Assembly (NCBI GenBank): GCA_963674705.1
Contig: OY771506.1
Coordinates: 1,920,001-1,984,000 of the forward strand
Direction: 5' to 3'
Source: Phycisphaeraceae bacterium
GTDB taxonomy: Bacteria > Planctomycetota > Phycisphaerae > Phycisphaerales > Phycisphaeraceae
Length of the DNA stretch: 64,000 nucleotides
Part shown: piece by piece, positions 1 through 10,403 of the stretch
Numbering within the stretch: the stretch's first letter is position 1
Layout: each line of letters starts with the position of its first letter
The notes under the pieces: model-generated
Database searches by the model: none
The model's input: the letters and a program-made list of their open reading frames with translations, nothing else
What the model was told of the DNA's origin: nothing
Position numbers and translations under genes: made by a program

Positions 1-1315
1 TGTCATCTGAGTGTGCGTAGATAAATTCGCCATACTTGCCGTGGTTTTCCATCCCCGTGCCGACGCAGCACCAGAAAGCCTGTTCCGGTTGCGAATACAC
101 CCGGTAATGTCTTGGTCGCGCAGGCGTGAAGTAAACATACCCGCCGTGCTCAGGATGCTGCGTAGAGAGGATGTGATTCAGCATTGCACGCTCATAGAAG
201 TCGGCGTAACGTGCCTCCGGCTCCGCGCAGAATAGCTGCTCGCTCAATCTCAGCATGTTGTACGTATTGCACGTCTCCGGCCCTTCCCTGCTTTCGATCC
301 ATCGGATCGACTGGTTCGGCGAAGGGAAGTGTTCAGAGGTGCTGTTGCCGCCAAACGCAAGCGTGCGGTGTTGTGTGACACGTTCCCAGAAGAAGCGAGC
401 TGCCCGATGGTACGCATTGTTATGTGTCAGGTGAGCGATCCGCTCAAAGCCCACAACCTTGGGCACCTGTGTATTTGCGTGTAATCCATTGAGTTCATCC
501 CGTTGTTGAACGAGCGGTTCCAGGATCGCACGGTGATTAAAGCGGCTGGCAAGCTCGATATACTTCTTGTTGCCCGTGATTGCACCGACATCCGCAAGGA
601 CCTCGTTCATTCCACCATGCTCGGCACGCAACATGTCCTGTACCTGCGCATCCGACAAATCCGACACGAGTTTGCCACACCAGTCCGCCAGCTTGATCAG
701 CACCTCTTTCGCTTGTTCGTTGCCGCCGATCAGATACGCATCGCGCAGCCCCGCAAACGTTTTGTGCAGGTTGTACCAGGGCACCCACCGGTCATTGAGC
801 CCGAAGCCGGACGTACGGATGTCGCCTGCCGCTATCTCGTCCCACATCTGTTTGCCGTTGGGTATCCCGCCGACGTACCCGTCGCCGTGTGCTTCCTGAC
901 AACGCGCAAGCTCTGAGACCATGTAGTCCAGACGTTGCTTGCACTCTTTATTACCGGTAGCGGCGTAGGTGATCGCTAGTGCGCTGATGTAATGCCCCGC
1001 CGTGTGACCATCCAACCCGTTGCTTTCCCAGTTCGGATACTTTTCCGCCTTCGGCTCCAAGCCCGCATCCGTCAGGAACGGCGCGAGCAATCGGTCAGGA
1101 TCAAACTTTAACAGGTGCTCCAGATTGACATCCATCGCATGCTTGAACGGCCCATCCAGCAAACGAACATCAGTAAGCGCAAACAGCTCAATCTCACCAG
1201 AAACAGTAGCTGTGGCGGTATTTAAATCTGTCTTATCCATGGCAGGCTCGGCGCAAGAAACTTCGATACAACATGCAAGCATCAGAATCCATGTGATTAT
1301 GCGTACCATGATCAT
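1..1315 (-). CDS. GH127/GH146-type beta-L-arabinofuranosidase (DUF1680), 3' end runs off the window
   Basis: Not in the ORF track. Manual minus-strand translation gives a signal peptide, then DVRLLDGPF, DPDRLLAPF, WES-GLDGHTAGHY, HANTQVPKV and GPETCNTYNMLRL. Confidence 0.85.
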   Translation of the reverse strand, partial: MIMVRIITWILMLACCIEVSCAEPAMDKTDLNTATATVSGEIELFALTDVRLLDGPFKHAMDVNLEHLLKFDPDRLLAPFLTDAGLEPKAEKYPNWESNGLDGHTAGHYISALAITYAATGNKECKQRLDYMVSELARCQEAHGDGYVGGIPNGKQMWDEIAAGDIRTSGFGLNDRWVPWYNLHKTFAGLRDAYLIGGNEQAKEVLIKLADWCGKLVSDLSDAQVQDMLRAEHGGMNEVLADVGAITGNKKYIELASRFNHRAILEPLVQQRDELNGLHANTQVPKVVGFERIAHLTHNNAYHRAARFFWERVTQHRTLAFGGNSTSEHFPSPNQSIRWIESREGPETCNTYNMLRLSEQLFCAEPEARYADFYERAMLNHILSTQHPEHGGYVYFTPARPRHYRVYSQPEQAFWCCVGTGMENHGKYGEFIYAHSDD

Positions 1316-1573
1316 TAAACGCCCAAGTGGGCAGTGTTAGCGAACGTCAACGCTCGTTCCATCCCATCGATACCAGTCATACACGGCTGTCATGCATCAG
1401 GCATTCAACACGCGACCTATATAGACAAGCATGGCCTCAAGTTAATAAGCTCAAGAGATAGCGAGACTTTATCAAAATAAAGCCCAACAACAAGCGCGAA
1501 TCGCGTCCTAATCCTATCTGATTGCGATAGGGCTTGGGAGCGGCCATACATATTCACCCGATCTCAGATCGGA

Positions 1574-2812
1574 TCAGTCACAGCGTGCGGTGCGTCTGAA
1601 AACCGCGGGGGTAATGCCCGTGACCTTACGGAACACGCGGTTGAAGTTGGATGTGGCGGTGTAGCCGCATTGCCCTGCGATGTCATCAACAGATAGATCG
1701 AGTTGGAGCAGCATGCGTTTGGATTGCTCGATCCGGACACGCAGGATCTCTTCGTAAGGCGTCCTGCCGACCTTATCCACAAACTTACGCTCCAGCCAGC
1801 GACGCGTGACCTTCACATGCTCCATCACGTCGCGCACACTGCATGGATCGCATGCATGGTCGCGGATGAACCGGATTGCCGCTGCCAGGTCTTTGTCATC
1901 CACCGTCAGTTGGCTGGTACTGGTCCGCTGCTGAATCCCCAACGGCGGCATCTTGATGTGAGGCAACGTCTCGGATTCCAACTTCCCACGCATCATGCGA
2001 TGCAGGAGCTTCGCCGCCTCATACCCCATCCGCTGAAAATCGACATCAACACTGGAAATCGAAGGGTTCGCCGCTTCGCAAAGCAGGTCGTCGTTGTTCA
2101 CACCAATAACCGCAATACTGTCCGGGACTTTCAGATCTGCTTCATGGCAAGCGGCCAGCAGGTCAAATGCACCGAAGTCGTCGCTGGTCATGATCCCGAT
2201 CGGCTTGGGTAGTGACTGCAGCCACGCGATCAGGTCCGCGCGATGCTCAAGATTCATCCAGTCCACTTCGTTCTGCCAACTCACCGGACTCACAACACAA
2301 TCGAAACCACGCGATTGCAGTTCCTTTTCAAACCCGGTCAACCGCTGGTTGGCAAAATCATTGATCGTTCTGTTTTGCAGGCCGTAAAACGCGAAGTGTT
2401 CCAGCCCGCAGTCAATCAGGTGGTCCGCCGCCATGGCCCCGGCCGCCTTATCATCCAGCGAGATGACCGGCGTGCGCGTCGCATCATACGATCCCGAACA
2501 GCAGACCATGTGCCGGCTGTTTTGATACATCAGCTTGAATACCTCGTCGTCCGCCCCGACCAGGATCGCGCCATCGGTTTGCGGGAATTGCCCGAGTTTG
2601 GCACTGACACGCCAGGTATCGACGTGCAGTTGCCACTTCTGCTGCAAACTGGCGTACCGCAGGATGCCTCGCAGCATGTTTCGGCCATAGGCACTGCTAC
2701 AGTCCGACACCACGCCGATCACGGCACTGGGACGCCTGCCTTGAGATTTTCGACCGTTAGCTTTGCGCACCATGATATTGTTTAAGTTTGATATGCGACA
2801 TAGAGAAGTCAA
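1574..2812 (-). CDS. XylR-type regulator (periplasmic-binding-fold sensor plus C-terminal AraC HTH)
   Basis: LPKPIGI, VPDSIAVIGVNND and SISSVD sensor motifs; AraC signature IAGQCGY...FNRVFRKVTGITP; true start may be 2773. Confidence 0.9.
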   Translation of the reverse strand: MTSLCRISNLNNIMVRKANGRKSQGRRPSAVIGVVSDCSSAYGRNMLRGILRYASLQQKWQLHVDTWRVSAKLGQFPQTDGAILVGADDEVFKLMYQNSRHMVCCSGSYDATRTPVISLDDKAAGAMAADHLIDCGLEHFAFYGLQNRTINDFANQRLTGFEKELQSRGFDCVVSPVSWQNEVDWMNLEHRADLIAWLQSLPKPIGIMTSDDFGAFDLLAACHEADLKVPDSIAVIGVNNDDLLCEAANPSISSVDVDFQRMGYEAAKLLHRMMRGKLESETLPHIKMPPLGIQQRTSTSQLTVDDKDLAAAIRFIRDHACDPCSVRDVMEHVKVTRRWLERKFVDKVGRTPYEEILRVRIEQSKRMLLQLDLSVDDIAGQCGYTATSNFNRVFRKVTGITPAVFRRTARCD

Positions 2813-3305
2813 GTCGCTGATTTAGCCAACCTGATCAGAATTATACACTTAATTCCGACGCAATTCGATACATGGCATAGACATACGCTAATCAAACGAT
2901 TTGCGTTTGCTTATCTAGGCACAGGTCTCAATCAGACATGTATTGCCCTACCCCAGCACGGGATTGAACCTCAGCACTTAGATTTGCCTCCGGCATTTTG
3001 CAATGTACAGCCCTTATTTAACGTCGTATTTTGCTAAATTTTACCATCAATATACGGCCGGAATTTGCATTGATGAATAAATATGGATCAGGTTGTTTGG
3101 ATTGAGTAATACACATAGTCATTAATATAAATTTTTTATTTTCATTTATATATAACTTTATGCCCTTGATGCTCTGGCCCATTCATGTTCTGCGTAATGG
3201 GATAAGAATAGAGTGTAATTTGATATTGCTAAATGTGGTGTGAATTGTCATTATTAAGTTAGGCAAATTTGCAGCACACGTCTCATCGCCACTTGGAGAA
3301 CCGTA

Positions 3306-3875
3306 ATGGGCAAGCGAAATACGTCGCTTCGTGGTTTTACATTGATCGAACTTCTGGTGGTGATCAGCAGCATCACCTTGCTCGTTGGCATCCTCCTGTT
3401 GGCTCTCGGTGCGGCACGTAAAGCCGCTGAAGGCGCACGTTGTCTGGCAAATACACGGTCACTCGGACAAGCTGCTGCGGCTCGCTTCGTTGACACCGGT
3501 GGCGAAGTGCTCGGACCGCTGGAAACCACTTGGATGCAAACCCTTGATGACTACGTCGATGGCTCGATCGATGAAGCACGCATCTGCCCGATAGCTACCG
3601 AACCCGATGAGGACAGTAAAACCAACAACTACTGCTACACCGGATCGGCAGATCATGCCCGGATGACTGATGGCGGGTACACGCTCAATGTTGAAACCTG
3701 GACGTTCATGTCCAGCTACGGCCTGAATGGCTTCTTCTACACGACCAAGGATGTTAATAAGAATGGCAGTGGCTAGGATGAAGCCGGTGTAATGTGGGCC
3801 AACGCATCCGAGTTCGACGAATCATGGTGGCAGACCGAGGGGCGGATCAAAACCACAACCATGTCCCGCCAATAA
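3306..3875 (+). pseudogene. Decayed prepilin-type N-methylation (DUF1559-like) protein
   Basis: [12 protein letters not shown] start with an eroded helix (SSITLL...LLLALG). In-frame TAG at 3774-3776 is followed by more coding-like sequence, then TAA; much shorter than the intact paralog at 47825. Confidence 0.65.
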
Positions 3876-4072
3876 CAAGCGGGAAGTGCAGCACTTTGGA
3901 TTGTGAGTTTCGTGGCAAGCAACCCATGCTGCAAGAACAAATGGGAATCAGCCAATGTCCGGCTCGCCAGGGATCGGTGCAAGTGGGTTTGACCTGCCGC
4001 GGCTTGGTAGAGTTATTGATTCCCGATTGATGCGGTTTGTTGTCAGATGAATCTTATTGGTAAGGCAAACCC

Positions 4073-5559
4073 ATGCTTAAGCCCTTCCGATTCGGTGTAA
4101 CCAAAGCTTCTACCATTCTGACAATCCAAGCGGGTTTGTTCCTGCTTGCATCGGCGACACTTGCCAGCGCGCAGGTAAGTTCTGTCAATTTGTCGGATGT
4201 TGAGCTGCTTGGCGGAAACTACTACTGGCAGATGCAGGAGCTGAATTCAAGTTCAGCCGGCAACATGGAATGGCTGCAACCCGATGATTTACTGTACCAG
4301 TTCCGCCTGGAAGTGGGATTGCCACAGCCCGCCGGCGCAATCGATCTTGAAGGCAGATGGGAGGGCGACGATTCTGAATATGGTTTCGTCCGCGGGCATA
4401 ACGCCGGCCATTGGCTGACCGCTGCATCGAGATCCTGCGCGCTTACGGGTGATACGACATACTTGAACCGTGTTAACGACATGGTGGCGGGGCTGGGCCT
4501 GGTGCAGGATGCATTCACGCTCAACGGTGAATCGGGCTACCTGTCAGCCTTCCCCAAGCCGTTCTATGAAACGCATCACAAACGATACTCTGTCTATTGG
4601 AAGCTCAACGCCCCGGCAGGCACACACACCTGGCGAGGTGGCGGGATGGACTTGATCCAGGACGAAACGAACTGGGACGTTGCGACGGCAGAGGACGATT
4701 CCATTGTCTCCGACGCCAACCTGAGAACAACAGTCGACAACAACTAAGCTGCGGGTACAGCCTTCAACGATATCACCTTCGCTTCGACCGCTTCCGCTTC
4801 CACCATCGGTGGCAACAGCATGACGCTTCAGGGTGACATGTCCAATCTGTGGTCGCAAACACAAACCATGCAGGCCAACCTACAACTTCCCACCGGCAAC
4901 TACGCATTCAATGCAACGAACTAGCCCATGACTATCGGTGGCAATCTCTCGGGTAATGGCACATTGGTGAAAAATGGTAGCCACCAACTCACGCTCCTCG
5001 GCACCAACACGCGCGCCGCGACTGTCAGCAGCTTCGGTGGGAATATCAGCCCCGAAGAAGGCACACTTGCGCTAACAAGTGGAGCTTCGGTCACAGGCCT
5101 GACCAGTATTGATATCCAACCCGGCGCGATCCTTGCCTTGGAGTTATTCGACGCCGGCGATTTGAATATGCTGGGTGTTGACGGCAACTTTACAACCGAC
5201 GGCACGCTCTGCATCACGTTCGCCTCCGGGGCCACGTCGCCGCAATCCGGCGATACCTTCGATCTCTTCGACTTCGTCTCAATGACAGACGGATTTGATA
5301 CGCAGGATCTACCAACGCTTGCTGCGGGTCTATCGTGGAACACCAGCAATCTGCTCACCACCGGAGAACTATCAATTGAAGGCACGGCGCTTGCAGACGA
5401 CCTCGACGGCGACGGCTTCGTCGGCCTGGCGATCTGGACATCGTGCTGTCTAACTGGAACGCCGGCACACCAGCATTTAGAAACGCGAACATCCCCGAAC
5501 CAAACACATTGTTTGTCTTGGGTGTGTGTAGCGCATACATGATCCGGCGCCGCCGTTAA
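4073..5559 (+). pseudogene. Decayed GH127/146-like enzyme with beta-strand passenger repeats, a dockerin-like repeat and a PEP-CTERM tail
   Basis: ORFs 4073-4747 and 4928-5542 are in one frame, separated by TAA (4745) and TAG (4922). A frameshift near 5430 restores DLDIVLSNWNAGTP...IPEP...MIRRRR*. The catalytic core appears deleted. Confidence 0.85.
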
Positions 5560-5681
5560 AACCAACCGTCGCTTAACGGGGCAGTATGCTGCCCCATAAC
5601 ACAATCCCGATCAACAGTTGTCTCGATACACCTGCGCGTTATAGTGCAGCATCAGATACACAACACTTCCAGGACTGAATC

Positions 5682-6479
5682 ATGCATAATACAACGCGAC
5701 ACAACCGCCTACCCAATGTGTTGAATCTTTCCCTGATTTGTGTCCTGGCGCTTGCAGTTTCGGCTTGTGCGACATCAAACAACGGAGGCCATGGTATGTG
5801 TCCATGTGAGGGTAAATGCGATGGACTTGGCGACGGCAGATGGGAAGTTGGCGAGATTATATACGAAGTCGACTTCAACAAACCGCTAAGCCAATGGCAG
5901 GCAGAACTCGAGAAGGGCGGCCGGGTTGAAGCCAACAACGGCAAGCTCGTGATCGATGTCCCCGCCGGTTGCAGCGTGTGGTTCAAGCCTGAACTGAAAG
6001 GCCCTGTCATGATTGAATACGACGCGACCGTCATCGGCAAAGGCGGTCCCAATGACCGCGTCAGCGATCTTAATTGTTTCTGGATGGCACATGATTCACG
6101 TAACAAAGACGACTTCTTCGCCGTTGAGCGTTCGGGACAATTCACGGATTACAACCAGCTCGTTTGCTACTACGTCGGTTACGGCGGCAACACCAACAGC
6201 ACCACCCGCTTCCGCCGATACATCGGCGACACCGATCGCCGACCGCTGCTGCCCGAGCACGACCTCTCCGATAAGAAGTTCATGATCGAACCCAATAGTA
6301 CGATGAAGATCCAATGCGTCGCCGCCGACGGCCGTATCGAATACTGGCGCGATGGCGAACTGATTTTCAGCTACGACGATCCCGACCCCTACACGTTTGG
6401 CCGCTTCGCTTTCCGCACCGTCACCAGCCATATCGAGATCGATAACTTCAAGGTTTATCGACTCGAGCCCAAACACTGA
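5682..6479 (+). CDS. Lipoprotein with a concanavalin-like DUF6250/YesU-like domain
   Basis: Lipobox-like AVSAC; DLNCFWMA and YYVGYGGNTNSTTRFRRY; rhamnogalacturonan gene context. Confidence 0.65.
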   Translation: MHNTTRHNRLPNVLNLSLICVLALAVSACATSNNGGHGMCPCEGKCDGLGDGRWEVGEIIYEVDFNKPLSQWQAELEKGGRVEANNGKLVIDVPAGCSVWFKPELKGPVMIEYDATVIGKGGPNDRVSDLNCFWMAHDSRNKDDFFAVERSGQFTDYNQLVCYYVGYGGNTNSTTRFRRYIGDTDRRPLLPEHDLSDKKFMIEPNSTMKIQCVAADGRIEYWRDGELIFSYDDPDPYTFGRFAFRTVTSHIEIDNFKVYRLEPKH

Positions 6480-6494
6480 ACCCTAAGCAGGGCA

Positions 6495-7862
6495 TCAATC
6501 GTTCGGCTGGGTTTCCGACCCCCAGTAACGTGTCCAGTTGTATAGTCGCTTGGGGTGTGGCCGTTGTTTGCCCGGCTTCCTATCCACGGTCAACGATTCA
6601 TCAACCGCGAACAACTGCGCGACACCGCCGTCGGTATACGCGATGATTTGTGATTGGCCTACGCCTAACATGTCCGCCCACATGAAGTGCGCGTTGTTCA
6701 GGCTGTCAGGGAAGTGATAGACGCGCTGCATGTGCCCGTCGTACAAGCCGGGCTCCAGGTTCCCGCCACGACGATACGCAAGAAACAGATCGCGATCGTT
6801 ATTATCAAAGTGGCGCACGACCGTCGCGATCGAGCTCCAACCGGGCACTCTGCGTTTTTCTTTGTAGAGTTCCTTGCCGTGTGAATCGACGAGAAATAAA
6901 CCATCCAGACCCGGGTTCCCGCGATCGATCCGATCGAGCCCGCCGACTTCCAGACCTGGCAAGTCGGGACGGAATTCGCCGGGGAATGCGTTCTGACTTT
7001 CGACGGTTCCTTCATATGCCCAAAGTTGTTTGCCGTCACGGTTATACAGATACGAGCCGTCGCCGCCGACGAGTATCTCCATGCCGTTGCCCGGGTTCGC
7101 ATCCACATCTGCCACCCAGATCGCGTCGGCATGACCTTCCAGGTCCATCCGCCAACGTTCGCTGCCGTCCGCGTTCAGTACGTGATAACCGAAGATCAGT
7201 TCATCTTTGCCATCGCCATCAAGATCGTAAGGCCAACCATAATGCCCGATGTTTCCCTTGAAAGTAAACAGCACCTTGCCTTCACGATCCAGTGCCCAGA
7301 GCTGGTGATAACGATCTTTGACGATCAACTCATCCGGGTGATCATCGCCCGTAAGGTTGGCAATCATGATGCAGTCGTGTGCATCTTCATGTGGCAGTAG
7401 GATCGTGGTTTCCAGCTTGCCCGTTTTGCCGTCAAAGACTTTGATCTGATCGTCCATCGCTGCGAGCACTTCGAGCTGTCCATCATTATCAAAGTCATTG
7501 AGTTGACACGGGATGTCGCTGCCGCTGTGGGCACTTTCGCTGGGCGTGCCGATCTGCCAGAGTATGTTGCCCTCAAGATCGTAGGCTGTCAGCGCATTCA
7601 CACTGTGCGGATAGTACGCGTCATTAAACCCACCGTCCGGCTGCGCCATGACAAATTCATACCGCCCGTTACCAGTCAGATCGCCCAACCACATCCGGCT
7701 GCCGACACCGCCGGCGCTGATGTCGATCGTGGTCAATGGTTTCAACTCGCGGTCCGCCTGTGGCAACTGTTTTTCTGCACTTGTTTCGCTGGCGATCAGA
7801 CCACCCATGACCACACATCCAAGCGCGACAGAAAGTCCTGCGATTAGCCTGTTCCTAAGCAT
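6495..7862 (-). CDS. Secreted FG-GAP-type beta-propeller protein, distantly PL11-like
   Basis: Signal peptide; repeated DxDxDG loops (GDLTGNGRYE, DFDNDGQLE, DLDGDGKDE). Confidence 0.6.
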   Translation of the reverse strand: MLRNRLIAGLSVALGCVVMGGLIASETSAEKQLPQADRELKPLTTIDISAGGVGSRMWLGDLTGNGRYEFVMAQPDGGFNDAYYPHSVNALTAYDLEGNILWQIGTPSESAHSGSDIPCQLNDFDNDGQLEVLAAMDDQIKVFDGKTGKLETTILLPHEDAHDCIMIANLTGDDHPDELIVKDRYHQLWALDREGKVLFTFKGNIGHYGWPYDLDGDGKDELIFGYHVLNADGSERWRMDLEGHADAIWVADVDANPGNGMEILVGGDGSYLYNRDGKQLWAYEGTVESQNAFPGEFRPDLPGLEVGGLDRIDRGNPGLDGLFLVDSHGKELYKEKRRVPGWSSIATVVRHFDNNDRDLFLAYRRGGNLEPGLYDGHMQRVYHFPDSLNNAHFMWADMLGVGQSQIIAYTDGGVAQLFAVDESLTVDRKPGKQRPHPKRLYNWTRYWGSETQPND

Positions 7863-7907
7863 AATTCACCTTCAGGAGGGATGCTGATTGTTAAACGGAT
7901 GTAAACA

Positions 7908-9248
7908 TCAATCGCCCGTCGGCTTCTCTTCGATCGGCTTGATATACGATAAGGGCACATCAACCTGATCGGGCAGCGGCGGATTCGCCGGATCGAACGC
8001 CGGTAAATCATCTGCCAAGTCGCTTGCCAACGGCAAATCCAAGTCTTTGATCCCTTCCACCACACAGCGCGCTAACACATACGCGCCGTAGTTGTTGTGA
8101 TGCGTGTCATCCTTCAGACGCTTGTCCTGGCCCGGGAATGTCCCGGCCGGGTAATGCACGAACGCCGCCTTCGATCGTTCGGGGCCAAGCGCTTCATAAA
8201 ACGCTCGGCTCATCACCTGTAGATCGATCAACGCAACACCTTCCTGCTCTGCAAGCTGATGCATTGCTTCGGGGTAGTCGCCGAACGTCTGTTGGATCGT
8301 GCCATCCTTATTAAACCAGCGTCGATGCATCGACGTCACCAGCACGGGCGTTGCGCCGCGTTCACGGATCGCTTTGATAAACGCCCGTAACCCTTTCTGA
8401 TAATTCTGGAACGGCCCCATCCCCTCGCCTTTTTCTTTCATATCGTTGTGGCCGAACTGCATGAATACATAATCACCCGCCTTGAGTGTGCTCATGATCT
8501 TTTCAAACCGGCGCTCCGCGGTGAAGCTGCTCACCGCCCGCCCCGACTCCGCATGGTTCGCCACCACGACGCCCGGCTTGAAAAACACCGGCAGCATCTG
8601 CCCCCAGCCCGCCCAGGGTTCACCAAGCTGATCCACCACCGTCGAATCCCCCGCAAGGTAAACCGTCACCGCATCCGGGTCCGGCTCGATCTCGATCGCG
8701 CTGACCGCCGGCGCATCACCCAGAAACTCCAGCGTCAGCCGATCGTCCCACGTCCGCGTGCCCACCTCGCGCTTGGTGATCCTTACCTCGCCGCCATCCG
8801 GCAATGCAGGCGTGCGTACATTCACGCCGAATTCAACCCACTTCGTTTCACCCGCTTTCAGCTTCTGTGGCCGAACCACATAACGACGCAGTTCCGCCTT
8901 GATCGACGTCGCCGATTCAGCATCCTCTCGACCTACCAACACACGAACGCGGTAATCCCCCTCCGCCGCACGCACTGAAAACAGGAAAGGCCCGTCCGCG
9001 GTCACGCCGCCGTTCAGTTCTGCTCCATCATACGACACCGGCCTGTTGCCGCCATCAAACCCGTACGCCTGAACTTCACCATACACAACAGATGTGTCGA
9101 CACCGAAATAACCATCCACTGATGGCTGGTCACCCAGATCAAAGCGCATCTGCGTATCGCTTGTGCAAGCTGTTGTTGTAATGCAGAATGTCATCAATAA
9201 GATCACGAACACGCATTTTGTCGTGGTCATGGCTATTCTCTCAAACAT
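7908..9248 (-). CDS. Rhamnogalacturonan acetylesterase (CE12, SGNH hydrolase)
   Basis: AGDSTV, GWGQ, NHAESG, QFGHND and DDTH catalytic blocks. Confidence 0.9.
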   Translation of the reverse strand: MFERIAMTTTKCVFVILLMTFCITTTACTSDTQMRFDLGDQPSVDGYFGVDTSVVYGEVQAYGFDGGNRPVSYDGAELNGGVTADGPFLFSVRAAEGDYRVRVLVGREDAESATSIKAELRRYVVRPQKLKAGETKWVEFGVNVRTPALPDGGEVRITKREVGTRTWDDRLTLEFLGDAPAVSAIEIEPDPDAVTVYLAGDSTVVDQLGEPWAGWGQMLPVFFKPGVVVANHAESGRAVSSFTAERRFEKIMSTLKAGDYVFMQFGHNDMKEKGEGMGPFQNYQKGLRAFIKAIRERGATPVLVTSMHRRWFNKDGTIQQTFGDYPEAMHQLAEQEGVALIDLQVMSRAFYEALGPERSKAAFVHYPAGTFPGQDKRLKDDTHHNNYGAYVLARCVVEGIKDLDLPLASDLADDLPAFDPANPPLPDQVDVPLSYIKPIEEKPTGD

Positions 9249-9266
9249 TGTTAGTCTTATGTTGAC

Positions 9267-10358
9267 TCACGCGCCGCCTTCCACCCACTCCGCCGCGAGT
9301 TGCGCTTTAACACACAACTCCGCCACTTTCAGCGCGTGTTGTTGCGTCATCGCTGTTTCCGTACGGTCGATACAGTCGCGGATCAGTTGCCCGAAGTAAG
9401 GCTTGCCGACCTTGCCTTTCACATCGATGCGCCGCTCGCCCTCGCCGTTCACGATAAACACGTGATCGCCCTTGCCTTCATCCGCGATGTTGGTGTACTT
9501 GCGTGCTTCGATATAACCTTCCGTTCCGATCACAAACGTCCGCCCGTCGCCCCACGTGCCCAGTCCGTCAGGCGTAAACCAGTCGAGGCGGAAGTACATC
9601 GTCGCGCCGTTGTCGCCAACCAGCGTGCAATCGCCGAAGTCCTGCAGCTCGGGATAATCCGGATGGTTATAGTTCGCGACCTTGGCGTGCAGCACCCTTG
9701 CATCTTTCGCGCCGCTGTATTGCAAAAACTGTTCGATCTGGTGCGAACCGATATCGCAGAGGATCCCGCCGTACTTTTCTAATTGGTAGAACCAGTCAGG
9801 CCGCGACTTCGGATCACCGATCCGGTGAGGCCCAAACCCCGTCACCTGTATCACACGCCCGATCGCGCCGCGCTCAATCAGTCGACCCAGATAGATCCCC
9901 GCTTCCGAATCAAGCCTTTCGGAGTAATAGACCATGTACTTGCGGCCGGTCTTTTTCACCGCTTCCCACACCGCATCCAACTGCTCGAGCGTGGTCAACG
10001 GCCCCTTATCGACAAAGTAATCCTTCCCCGCTTCCATACATCGCACGCCCAGTGCCGCGCGCTGATCCGGGATGCATGCTGAAGCAACCAGCTTGACATC
10101 GTCATCATTCAGGATCGTCCCGAGGTCCGTCACATGCTGCGCCCCGTTCTCTGCAGCGAGCTTGGCAGCTTTATCCGGATCGGTATCGCAATGAACATAC
10201 TTAAGCGTCGCGCCGGCCTTGATCAGCCCGGCAGCCTGGCCGTAGATATGCCCGTGGTCCATCCCCGATACCGCAAAGCAGAATTCGCCCGGCTCAACGA
10301 CAGGCTCCGGCATCGGTTCAAACGCTTCCGCGATGATGTCATCCAGTTTCACAAACAC
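9267..10358 (-). CDS. Gfo/Idh/MocA oxidoreductase (YteT-like)
   Basis: GMDHGHIYG, AGKDYFVDK, GGILCDIGSHQ, DWFTPDGL. Confidence 0.85.
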   Translation of the reverse strand: MFVKLDDIIAEAFEPMPEPVVEPGEFCFAVSGMDHGHIYGQAAGLIKAGATLKYVHCDTDPDKAAKLAAENGAQHVTDLGTILNDDDVKLVASACIPDQRAALGVRCMEAGKDYFVDKGPLTTLEQLDAVWEAVKKTGRKYMVYYSERLDSEAGIYLGRLIERGAIGRVIQVTGFGPHRIGDPKSRPDWFYQLEKYGGILCDIGSHQIEQFLQYSGAKDARVLHAKVANYNHPDYPELQDFGDCTLVGDNGATMYFRLDWFTPDGLGTWGDGRTFVIGTEGYIEARKYTNIADEGKGDHVFIVNGEGERRIDVKGKVGKPYFGQLIRDCIDRTETAMTQQHALKVAELCVKAQLAAEWVEGGA

Positions 10359-10403
10359 GCCTTTTCATTTTTAGTGTGTGCTAGCTTTACAAACCATTAC
10401 ATG

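Noticed and set aside
3306..5559. Stop-codon readthrough or recoding to explain the in-frame stops
   Set aside because: The stops are of different types and come with a frameshift and a large deletion, so simple decay fits better
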